Below, piece after piece: positions 45,161 through 53,853 of a DNA stretch of 64,000 nt. The stretch covers positions 1,760,001-1,824,000 of the forward strand of contig CBDETK010000013.1 in the NCBI GenBank assembly GCA_965242865.1, in the 5' to 3' direction. The position numbers and the translations under genes are program-made. The notes under the pieces are model-generated. The model did no database searches. It saw only the letters and a list, made by a program, of their open reading frames with translations, and was not told the DNA's origin. Origin of the DNA: Candidatus Latescibacterota bacterium (GTDB lineage Bacteria; Latescibacterota; UBA2968; UBA8231). How positions within the stretch are numbered: position 1 is the stretch's first letter; every line of letters starts with the position of its first letter.

Positions 45161-46579
45161 TCAAGCTTCGGTACTTTGCAAACGTCGCGAGTTCTGGTCG
45201 ATCTGATTCAAGGTGGGAATCTCACGTGTCGTGCCGACGCCGAGTTCCAAGAACCGACGCGCCTGCGGCAACAGCCGCCCATCGAACGAACCTACACTGT
45301 TATTGTAATGCGACACCGCTGTGTCCAGTGCCTGTCCCACTAGTCCTAGATGCTTGGCAAATATCGCCAGACGATCGTGTAGGTTTCTACCTAGCTGTCC
45401 GATCTCATGCGCCTCATCCGTGATATTCCGCTCCTGCCAACCCATCGCCACGCACTTTAGCAACGCCACCAAGGTCGAGTACGTCGCTATCACGACCTTA
45501 TTCTCAAGGGCTCGTTCAATGAGTGCGGGCTCGCGCTCAACGGCGGGTGCCAATGCGAACTCCGGTACGACCATCACCACGAAGTCGGCCGTCTCCGGCA
45601 GATTGCTCCAATACTCCTTGGAACCCAGATTCTCCGCATACAACCGCATCTGCACGGCGTGACGCTTCAGTTTCTCCTCACGTACATCGTCCGTTTTCGC
45701 ATCACCTGCTTCTTGCAGTGCTGACAGCACAACCTTTGAGTCGAGGATGATGTCCCGGTCATGCGGCAGATGTACGATAAAGTCAGTACGACCCCCTTTT
45801 TGGTCGCTGTCCTGCGTCGTGTAGTGGATGCCTTTCTGTAGCCCGGCGAGTTCAAGTACGCGCTCGACCTGCATTTCTCCCCATGCCCCACGCACCTGTG
45901 GCTTCGATAGTGCCGAGGATAGACTACGTGCCTCGTTCGCCACTTGGTCGTTAGACCGTACCAGCAACTCGATTTGCTCCTTCAGAGAAGCTGAACTTTC
46001 CACTCGCGACTTGTCCAGAGCGTTGATCTGCTCCGCCAACGGCTTTACCATCTGCTCCACGGCCCTTTCACGCTCCTCAAGCGTCGCCTTCGCCGTGTCC
46101 ATAAACGACTTCCGCTGCTCCGCCAAGACCTCCGACGACATGGCCCTAAATTCGGCCGTTGAATGTTCCACCCACTCGGCCTGTTCTGCCACCTTCGCGA
46201 GCGCATTCTCCAGATCGCTCTCCAGTCGAGCCTTTTCAGCATTCAACGATTGGAACTGATCCTGCAATTCCGTTAGCTGCTGATCAACGGCTTCTTTGGC
46301 CTGCGTCATCTGCGTCAGCAATTCCGACTCGGTCTCCAGACGCTGGGATAACTGCGCGTTGGTGATTCGTAGTTCGTCAACCTCGCTAGCTTCTTGCCGT
46401 GCGGCTTCGGCTTGCACCTCTAAGTTCTTCAGGTCGCTCTCCAGCCGAGCGTTGACTGTGGCAAGTTCGGCCTTTTCGCGATTAACGGTCGCGTTCGATC
46501 TCAACGCACTAACGGCGATCAACAACGCGATTATCGCCAAGAAGGCGACAATGATTAGCGCAATACTTACTCCATCCAT
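45161..46579 (-). CDS. rmuC: DNA recombination protein RmuC
   Basis: N-terminal TM, coiled coil, RGAWGE.Q.ER.LE.AGL, DFIVHLP, DSK, K.YW, DFVVM, TLVALL. Confidence 0.88.
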   Translation of the reverse strand: MDGVSIALIIVAFLAIIALLIAVSALRSNATVNREKAELATVNARLESDLKNLEVQAEAARQEASEVDELRITNAQLSQRLETESELLTQMTQAKEAVDQQLTELQDQFQSLNAEKARLESDLENALAKVAEQAEWVEHSTAEFRAMSSEVLAEQRKSFMDTAKATLEERERAVEQMVKPLAEQINALDKSRVESSASLKEQIELLVRSNDQVANEARSLSSALSKPQVRGAWGEMQVERVLELAGLQKGIHYTTQDSDQKGGRTDFIVHLPHDRDIILDSKVVLSALQEAGDAKTDDVREEKLKRHAVQMRLYAENLGSKEYWSNLPETADFVVMVVPEFALAPAVEREPALIERALENKVVIATYSTLVALLKCVAMGWQERNITDEAHEIGQLGRNLHDRLAIFAKHLGLVGQALDTAVSHYNNSVGSFDGRLLPQARRFLELGVGTTREIPTLNQIDQNSRRLQSTEA

Positions 46580-46645
46580 CTCGTTTTACTCCTCTACTTT
46601 GCTTTTGACGCTCATGCCGCCGCGGTTTCTGCCGTCCTCGCCTCC

Positions 46646-47776
46646 CTACACCAACTCGCCCAAGACCGCCAAGAACCGCTCCACATCGCCGCTGTTGTTG
46701 TACAAATGCCCCGAGACCCGCACCCGCCCGTATTCCCCCCACACCAACACCCCGCGGTCGGCGAGGGCTTCGCACAGCCGGTGCGCGTCCGCGTCCGCAA
46801 AGCAGGTATTGCCCGAGCGCTGGGGCCGGGCACTCGGGGAAATGACCGGCCGGCCGAGCCGCGCCAGCCCAGCGCTGATTTGTTCGGATAAGTCGCGGTT
46901 GTGCTCGGCTATCCGGTCGATTCCCACGTCCAACAGCCGCCCCAAGGCGTAGTCGAGGTAAAGCACCGCGACCATGGCCGGATTGCCCGGCTCCATTTTA
47001 TCGGGCATTGGCTTTTCATCGGCATCGAGGGCGCGTTCCGCTCCTTGGGCCGGCCACACCGCCAAGTTGCGCCAGCCAAAGGCCGTGCTGCGCACGCACA
47101 CCTCGGCCCGGGGGCTTAGATAACACGGCGCGACCCCGTGGGTGGCCAACAGCCACTTGTAGCACGAGCTGACGCACAAGTCGGCGCACGCGGCCGGCAC
47201 GGCGACCGCCCCGGCCGCGTGGGTCGCATCAACCGCCAAGAGCGCGTCGCGGCCAGCCAGCCCGGCCGCAAGCTGCTCAATATCGAGGTTTTGCCCCGTG
47301 TAGAAGCTGACTTGGCTCACGGCCAAGACCCGAGTGCGCTCATCGACTGCGGCCAACAGCTCGTCCTCCCGCACCAGCCAGTCGCGGTGCGGCACCAGCC
47401 GCAGCTCAACCCCGTGCTGACGCGCATTGCGCCAATTGTACGCCACCGAGGGAAATTCCAAATTGGTGGTGACCACGTTGTCGCCCGGCCGCCAGTCCAA
47501 GCCCCGCGCCAACCAAGCCATGCCCTCAGCGGCCGAGGGCATAAAGGCGATGCGCTCGGCCGGCACTCCCCACAACTGCCCCATGCGCTGGCGGCAGCGG
47601 TCGCCGCGGGCGTAGAGGGCGCGTCGCCCGCGGTCGCCCCTGCTTTTGTACTGGACAAATTCTGCGTACACCGCGCTCTGCCCGGTGAGCCAAGGACCTT
47701 CGCCCCCGGTACACAGATGCGTCACCGCGTCGAGCCCGACGAAATCCGCCGGCGAAATGAGGCTTGCGTTTTGCAT
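46646..47776 (-). CDS. class V PLP-dependent aminotransferase (cysteine desulfurase/kynureninase-like)
   Basis: EFPS, VDATH, SCYKWLL PLP lysine, RVSGHLYN. Confidence 0.85.
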   Translation of the reverse strand: MQNASLISPADFVGLDAVTHLCTGGEGPWLTGQSAVYAEFVQYKSRGDRGRRALYARGDRCRQRMGQLWGVPAERIAFMPSAAEGMAWLARGLDWRPGDNVVTTNLEFPSVAYNWRNARQHGVELRLVPHRDWLVREDELLAAVDERTRVLAVSQVSFYTGQNLDIEQLAAGLAGRDALLAVDATHAAGAVAVPAACADLCVSSCYKWLLATHGVAPCYLSPRAEVCVRSTAFGWRNLAVWPAQGAERALDADEKPMPDKMEPGNPAMVAVLYLDYALGRLLDVGIDRIAEHNRDLSEQISAGLARLGRPVISPSARPQRSGNTCFADADAHRLCEALADRGVLVWGEYGRVRVSGHLYNNSGDVERFLAVLGELV

Positions 47777-47786
47777 GGTAGGTCTC

Positions 47787-49790
47787 CTATGGGCTGGCGA
47801 CAATCCGCCTGGCTTCTTGGCGCGCGCTTTGCAGCAAGGCCCCGTCGGCGACCAAATCGGCCGCCTTAAACGCGGGCAGCCCGGCTTGGCGCACGCCGAA
47901 AAACTCGCCCGGCCCGCGCAGTTGCAAATCCTTTTCCGCGATCGCAAAGCCGTCTTGGGTGTGCTCCATGGTCTGGAGCCGTGTGCGCGAATCCGCCAAC
48001 TCGCCGCCGGCGCGGGCATAGCTGATGAGGATGCAAAACGACTGCTCCCCGCCGCGCCCCACGCGACCGCGCAACTGGTGCAACTGCGCCAAGCCAAACC
48101 GCTCGGCGTGTTCGATGATCATCACCGTGGCATTGGGCACATCTACCCCGACCTCGACGACCGTGGTACAGACCAAGACTTGGACCCGGTTTTGCTTAAA
48201 ATCCTCCATGACCGCGGCCTTTTCTTCAGCCACCATGCGCCCGTGCAGCAAGGCCACTGCAAAGTCGGCCAATGGGCCGCAACGCAGCTCGTCGTAGGCT
48301 TCGAGCGCGGATTTGTAATCGGCCTTTTCCGACTCTTCGATCAGCGGATATACCACGTACACTTGCCGCCCTTGCCGCACCTGATCGCCGGCAAACTCAA
48401 AGATCGCCGCGCGGCGCTCGTGGCCGCGGACAGCCGTGCGAATCGGCTTGCGCCCGGGAGGCAGCTCGTCGATGACCGACACGTCTAGCTCGCCGTACAG
48501 GGTCAGCGCCAAGGTGCGCGGGATGGGCGTGGCCGTCATCACGAGCAAATCGGGCTTGGCGCCCTTCTTGTAGAGCGCGCCGCGCTGCACCACCCCAAAG
48601 CGGTGTTGCTCGTCGATGACCGCCAGCCCCAAGCGCGCAAATTGTACCTGCTCCTGAATCAGCGCGTGGGTGCCCACCGCAATGTGGGCCGCGCCGCTGG
48701 CAATGGCGGTCAACCGCTCCTGCCGCAGGGCCTTGCGCTGGCCGCCCTTGAGAAAGATCGTGGTCAGGCCGAGGGGGGCGACCAGGGCCTTGATGGTAAA
48801 AAAGTGCTGCTCGGCGAGGATTTCGGTCGGGGCCATCATGGCCGCTTGGTAGCCGTTTTCCACGGCCGTCAGCATCGCGCACAGCCCCACCAAGGTCTTG
48901 CCCGACCCGACGTCGCCTTGGACGAGGCGATTCATCACTTGGGGCCCCTGCATCTGCGCGGCGATCTCGGCGACGACCCGGCGCTGGGCGCGCGTTGGGG
49001 CAAACGGCAGGGAATCCCACAAGGCCGGCACCAGTTTTTCGCTGGGCGCGAACCCTATACCGTCGGCCTGCTCGCGGTTTTTTTTGCGCCGCTCGGCCAA
49101 GCGCAACTGGAAGGCAAAGAGCTCGCCAAAGGCCAAGCGCTGCCGTGCGCGCTCGGCTTCGGCCAGGCTGGCGGGGAAATGCACTTGGCGCAGACTCGCG
49201 CCCCGCTCGGCAAAACCCAAGCGCTGTCGCAGGGCGGCGGGCAAGTCGTCTTCAACGCGCTCGGCAAAGGCGTCCAACGCCCCGCGTATCAACCGGCGGA
49301 ACCCCCGGTTGCGCAGGCCGCGTTCCTTTAGATCGGCACTGGTCGTATAGAGCGGAACCACCGCCCCGGTGTGGAGCCGCTCCTCCCCGTGGATGAACTC
49401 GTACTCGGGATGGACCATCTGCCGCCGCCCCTGAAAGAGATCGACCTTGCCGCTGATGGCCAGCTCGTCGCCCACGGCAAAGTTGCGCTGCAAGTAGCGC
49501 CCCCCCTGAAAAAAGGTGCAGGTAATGTCGTCGGTCTCGTCGGCCACGACCATGACGAAGCGGGGCCGCGGCCCGGGCATGAAGCGCGTCTGGCGCACTT
49601 GGCCGATGAGGGTCACCTCTTGGCCGATGGGCGCCCGGGCCATGGGCAAAACCTGCGTGCGGTCGAGGTAGCGGCGCGGCAGATAGTACAACAAATCGCC
49701 CAGCGTCCGAATCTCGGCGTCTTTGAGCGCGGACGCGCGTTTGGCCCCTACGCCTTTGATTTGTTCAATGGGAATGGACAGGATTTCCAT
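47787..49790 (-). CDS. recG: ATP-dependent DNA helicase RecG
   Basis: QGDVGSGKT, DEQHRFG, TATPIPR, QLRGRVGRG, DL.LRGPGE. Confidence 0.97.
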   Translation of the reverse strand: MEILSIPIEQIKGVGAKRASALKDAEIRTLGDLLYYLPRRYLDRTQVLPMARAPIGQEVTLIGQVRQTRFMPGPRPRFVMVVADETDDITCTFFQGGRYLQRNFAVGDELAISGKVDLFQGRRQMVHPEYEFIHGEERLHTGAVVPLYTTSADLKERGLRNRGFRRLIRGALDAFAERVEDDLPAALRQRLGFAERGASLRQVHFPASLAEAERARQRLAFGELFAFQLRLAERRKKNREQADGIGFAPSEKLVPALWDSLPFAPTRAQRRVVAEIAAQMQGPQVMNRLVQGDVGSGKTLVGLCAMLTAVENGYQAAMMAPTEILAEQHFFTIKALVAPLGLTTIFLKGGQRKALRQERLTAIASGAAHIAVGTHALIQEQVQFARLGLAVIDEQHRFGVVQRGALYKKGAKPDLLVMTATPIPRTLALTLYGELDVSVIDELPPGRKPIRTAVRGHERRAAIFEFAGDQVRQGRQVYVVYPLIEESEKADYKSALEAYDELRCGPLADFAVALLHGRMVAEEKAAVMEDFKQNRVQVLVCTTVVEVGVDVPNATVMIIEHAERFGLAQLHQLRGRVGRGGEQSFCILISYARAGGELADSRTRLQTMEHTQDGFAIAEKDLQLRGPGEFFGVRQAGLPAFKAADLVADGALLQSARQEARRIVASP

Positions 49791-49839
49791 GATTGGCCAT
49801 GCGTTGACGCCCCTTAGCGGCAGCCTATCTTTGGCCACA

Positions 49840-50313
49840 ATGCCCAAATTTGCTGCTTTTGCCCACTATCTAATGGGGCACTCGCCGTTTGATCGCACGC
49901 CCTTTTTCTACGCCTACGTCGGGATGTGGCTTCACCTGCCCGTTGGCACGGGCCTTTTAGGGTTCGCGGCGGTGTGCGATTGGCTGTCGGCCTTGGCGGT
50001 CTCGGTCGTTGCCTCGTTCTGCCTCGGCCTCGTGCTCTACGGCGTCCTGACCAAGCGACCCGTCCTGCTGATCAACATCGGCGCCTACGCCGCGAGCATC
50101 GCCCGGGCGTTCTCGGCCGACGCCGTGGTCCTCACCTGCTTCATCGCCGGGCTGATCGCCGCCTTTGTCTCTGGGTACAGCCTCTTGGCGGCCGAGTACG
50201 CCCGCTATCAGCGCGCAATCAGCCGCCCTCCCGAGCCGCTCCCGGCCGCGGCGGCCCTCCTGCTCGGCGCGGCCATCGTCCTGCTCGGCGCTTATGGCCT
50301 CTGGGCACGCTAG
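49840..50313 (+). CDS. hypothetical integral membrane protein
   Basis: 157-aa hydrophobic ORF with GC3-rich codons filling the gap between recG and mraY. Confidence 0.6.
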   Translation: MPKFAAFAHYLMGHSPFDRTPFFYAYVGMWLHLPVGTGLLGFAAVCDWLSALAVSVVASFCLGLVLYGVLTKRPVLLINIGAYAASIARAFSADAVVLTCFIAGLIAAFVSGYSLLAAEYARYQRAISRPPEPLPAAAALLLGAAIVLLGAYGLWAR

Positions 50314-51416
50314 CGGATCTTGAGCGTCGCCAAGCCGCACAGCGCCAAAATGCCGGCCACGATCCAGAAGCGAATGACGATCTTGGTGTCGGCCAAGCCG
50401 CGCTGTTGGAAGTGGTGGTGAATCGGCGAGCGCGTAAAAAAGCGCCGCCCCAGCCAGCGGATGCCGATCTTTTCTTGGATGACCACCGACAGGGTTTCGC
50501 CGACAAAAATCCCCCCGACGATCAAAAACAGGAACTCCTGCTTGACCAAGACGGCCACCGTGCCCAACAAGCCGCCCAAGGCCATGGACCCGGTGTCGCC
50601 CATGATGACGTTGGCCGGATAGGAGTTGAACCACAAAAACCCGAGGCAGGCCCCAAAGACGATGGAGCAGATCACGGTGACTTCCCCCACGCCCGGCATA
50701 AAGGGAAAAATGAGGAACTCCGAGATCGCGACGTGGCTGGACACGTAAGCGAACACCCCGAAGACCGCCACGACAAAGGAAGTCGGCACAATCGCCAAGC
50801 CGTCGATTCCATCGGCGAGATTGACCGAGTTGGAAATGGCCGTCACCGTAAAGGCGATAAAGGGCACATAGCCCCACGAGAGGTCGAGGACCGGGGTTTT
50901 GAAAAAGGGCACGTAGAGCTGGGTCGCCAACCCAGCCGACTCGGCGGGAAGGGCTTGGGTGATGTACGCGGCCCCAAACGCCAGCCCAAAGGCGACTTGC
51001 AGCCCCAACTTGGCCCGCTCGGACAACCCGCGATCGCTAGAGCGATAGCGCACCTTGAGGAAGTCGTCCATCCCGCCGAGCGCGGCAAACCAGACAATCG
51101 CCCCCACGCAGACCAAGACGAAGAAGCTGAACAGCTTGCACCACAGGACAATGCTGATCAAGATCGCCGCGACGATGAGGCCACCGCCGTAGGTTTTGGC
51201 TTGATTGCTGACGGCCTCAGTGTTGAGATAGTCGCGGGGCATGTCGCGGTGCCCTCGGCGGTAGAAGTAGAGAATGGCTCGCCCGCCGCAGAGGATGGTG
51301 AGGATCAAGGAAGTGATCGCCCCAAAGATGGCGCGAAAGCTGATCGAATCGACCAAGCGCAAAAACGACAGGGCCTCAACGGCATCGTGCAGGTAAAGCC
51401 CGAGGTAGTAGATCAT
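50310..51416 (-). CDS. mraY: phospho-N-acetylmuramoyl-pentapeptide transferase
   Basis: GMDDFLK, NSVNLADGIDGL, WFNSYPA..MGDTGS, PIHHHF; ATG overlaps murG stop. Confidence 0.9.
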   Translation of the reverse strand: MIYYLGLYLHDAVEALSFLRLVDSISFRAIFGAITSLILTILCGGRAILYFYRRGHRDMPRDYLNTEAVSNQAKTYGGGLIVAAILISIVLWCKLFSFFVLVCVGAIVWFAALGGMDDFLKVRYRSSDRGLSERAKLGLQVAFGLAFGAAYITQALPAESAGLATQLYVPFFKTPVLDLSWGYVPFIAFTVTAISNSVNLADGIDGLAIVPTSFVVAVFGVFAYVSSHVAISEFLIFPFMPGVGEVTVICSIVFGACLGFLWFNSYPANVIMGDTGSMALGGLLGTVAVLVKQEFLFLIVGGIFVGETLSVVIQEKIGIRWLGRRFFTRSPIHHHFQQRGLADTKIVIRFWIVAGILALCGLATLKIR

Positions 51417-53428
51417 TGCTGCGAGGCCGCCCAAGGCCGGTCCGCACGCACGAGATCGGCCAGTTCGCGCAGGTGGGCGCCGAGGGGAAACTCCGGCTTA
51501 AAATAAGGCATGGAGATCAAGACTTGGTCGAGATCGCGCTCCAGTTGGGCCGGCTCCAACACGCCGCGTTGCAGAAATTCGATCAGCACCCGCACGACCT
51601 GCTCGCGGAATTGCCAGTTCGGATGTAAGTAGAAGCGGCGCAACCGGGCTAGCAGGTCGGGATTGCGGCTTATGTTGCCGAGGGCACTCAGGGCTTGGAC
51701 GACCACTTCCGGGGCGCGGTCGTCGAGCGCTGTACAGAGCGCGCTTTCGAGCGGGTCATCTGCGGCAAAAAGCTCCCCGAGCGCCCGCGCCGACCACGCC
51801 CGCACCTCAAAGTAGGGATCGGCCGCGAGCGCGTTTAGCAGCGCGGCCCGGGTGTGCCCGTCGGCCGCCCCCAAGCCGCGCAGGCCGTATTCGACGACGT
51901 TGCGGCGTATAATGCCCCCGTGGCAAAAGTCGCCGCCGCACAACCGGCGCAACCGGCTGGCCGGGGTGCGGTCGGTGAGGATGTGCAGCAGGAGGGGCAG
52001 CCGCTCTTGGTAGTCTAAGAGCGCAATGAGCTTAATGCCCACATTGCGCCGCCCCAGCGGGATTTCGCACCACCCCTCGGACGCGAGCAGGCGATCGGCC
52101 TGATAGCGCAGGTACGCCAGCTCGCTGCGATTCATCGCCTCCACTCCCCCGACCTCTTCGACCCGCTCCTGTACCCAGCGCAGCAAGGCGTTGGGCGCGG
52201 TCGGCAAGCCGCTTTTTTGCGCCGAGGGCAACTGCAAGCGCAGCCGCGGCGGCTCCTGCCCGGCGACGAGGCGGTCCAGCTCGGTTGTGATGAGGTCGAT
52301 GCTGTTGGCCTTGGGCATGGTCTGGGCGGCCGCGCTCATGGCTTGCAAGCGGTCCTCATCGGCGCACAACGCGAGCACCTGCTGGGCCAATTTCTCCCCG
52401 TCCAATCGACTATAGACGCAGGCGTCGTCCCAAACCGCCTCTTGATAGAGCACCTGCGCCGCCCCGATGCGCTCCATCTCCCGCGCATTCAGGGCTTGGT
52501 GGTCTTCGGCTGCGGTCGGCAGCGGCACAATCAGGGCGGGCGTCCCGCTGACCGCCATCTCCGTCAGGGTCCCCGCGCCCGAGCGGCAAATGACCAGATC
52601 GGCCGCGGCAACCAGATCGGCCATTTGATCCGCGTAATCGAGGCGTCGATACCCGTCGCAGTCGCCGGCCAACCCCAGCGCAGCCACGGCGGCCTCGGTT
52701 TCGGCTACGGCGTCGTAATCCGGCCCCTTGTAGCGGCCGGTGACGTGGATGACCTCCAGCCCGGCCGCACGCCAGCGGGACAAGGCGTTGAGCACGGCTT
52801 CGTTGATGGCCTTGGCTCCGCCCGACCCGCCAAAGGCGAGAACGACCTTGCGGCTTGGGTCAATGCCCAATTTTTCCCGCGCGGCCGCCCGGTCGAGGTG
52901 AAAAAAAGAGCGGCGCACCGGATAGCCGACCACCGCCACCCGGTCTGCGTCGAACCAGCGACTCGCCTGCTCAAACGCCACGCCGATTCGCTGCGCCAAC
53001 CGCCCGGTGAGTTGGTTTAAGAGCCCGGGATGGGCATTCGGCTCGTAGAGGAAGACGCGGGCGCGAGAAAGGCCGAGCTTGGCCAGCGCACCGTGCGCGA
53101 AGAGGATGGGTGCGCTGACAAAGCCGCCCGTGCTGACGATGATTTGCGGCCGGTAGCGCAAGAGGATGAACGCCCCTTGTACGACCCCGACCGCGAGCGC
53201 ACTGGCAAATCGCAACAGGGCCACCAAGGACCGCGAGCGCGGGAAGGGACGAGAGCGAACAAAGCGGATGGGGTAGCCCTGCTCGGGCACGACCCAAGCA
53301 TCGAGCTTGTCTCGATGCCCCACGTAGAGGAATTGGGCGGCGGCCCGCGTCCGCCGAATTTCGTTGGCAATCGCCAATGCCGGATACAGATGACCGCCCG
53401 TACCACCGCCCGTAAACAAGTACTTCAT
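51413..53428 (-). CDS. murG: MurG-like glycosyltransferase with C-terminal HEAT-repeat-like extension (671 aa)
   Basis: GGGTGGH, EPN, GGSGGA, RSGAGT, HQ..NA in first ~385 aa; D..FEVR..SARALG and D..PEVV..ALSALG HEAT-like repeats after. Confidence 0.8.
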   Translation of the reverse strand: MKYLFTGGGTGGHLYPALAIANEIRRTRAAAQFLYVGHRDKLDAWVVPEQGYPIRFVRSRPFPRSRSLVALLRFASALAVGVVQGAFILLRYRPQIIVSTGGFVSAPILFAHGALAKLGLSRARVFLYEPNAHPGLLNQLTGRLAQRIGVAFEQASRWFDADRVAVVGYPVRRSFFHLDRAAAREKLGIDPSRKVVLAFGGSGGAKAINEAVLNALSRWRAAGLEVIHVTGRYKGPDYDAVAETEAAVAALGLAGDCDGYRRLDYADQMADLVAAADLVICRSGAGTLTEMAVSGTPALIVPLPTAAEDHQALNAREMERIGAAQVLYQEAVWDDACVYSRLDGEKLAQQVLALCADEDRLQAMSAAAQTMPKANSIDLITTELDRLVAGQEPPRLRLQLPSAQKSGLPTAPNALLRWVQERVEEVGGVEAMNRSELAYLRYQADRLLASEGWCEIPLGRRNVGIKLIALLDYQERLPLLLHILTDRTPASRLRRLCGGDFCHGGIIRRNVVEYGLRGLGAADGHTRAALLNALAADPYFEVRAWSARALGELFAADDPLESALCTALDDRAPEVVVQALSALGNISRNPDLLARLRRFYLHPNWQFREQVVRVLIEFLQRGVLEPAQLERDLDQVLISMPYFKPEFPLGAHLRELADLVRADRPWAASQQ

Positions 53429-53559
53429 TTATAGATCGTTTCGATGATTAGACGCGCTCCTCCGGCGTTACCGCAGCAGGAGCAATGGTTCATAAATGGT
53501 AGTAATCTAATATAGTTACTGTTAGTACAGGTGTCTATCACAAAGTGGGTTGGCGGCCC

Positions 53560-53746
53560 CTACTGGTAGGATTCAGTGCGGTCGCCGCCGTTGACGTTGA
53601 CGTGCTGTCCGGTCACGTAGCTGGCGGCTGGCGAGGCCAAAAAGACCACGGTCGCGGCCACCTCTTCCGGCCCGCCGGCCCGGCGCATGGGAATGCTGTT
53701 GAGAAACTGCGCCCGCTCTTTTGGCGTCCGCCGCGCCCCATGCCCG
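53560..53746 (-). repeat. duplicated 3' end of SDR gene (left direct repeat of island)
   Basis: Matches 58087-58286 except T/C at 53700/58227 and a 13-bp deletion. Confidence 0.95.
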
Positions 53747-53853
53747 AGGGGCCTATTCAATTTTCTCTGAAATTCTCTTTTTTTACCACCCTTGACATAA
53801 CCTCTTGCTGGAATTAGGGTACATTTATAGTAATTCTTGCTGCATGATATACT

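Noticed and set aside
41068-46645. Attachment sites or integrase for the RmuC/Ppl/Schlafen patch
   Set aside because: No flanking direct repeats, tRNA or recombinase found by eye, so boundaries rest on composition and gene content only.
49926-51506. 526-aa plus-strand ORF and many other long overlapping ORFs across the window
   Set aside because: Antisense or off-frame shadows of real genes, expected at high GC; no recognisable motifs.
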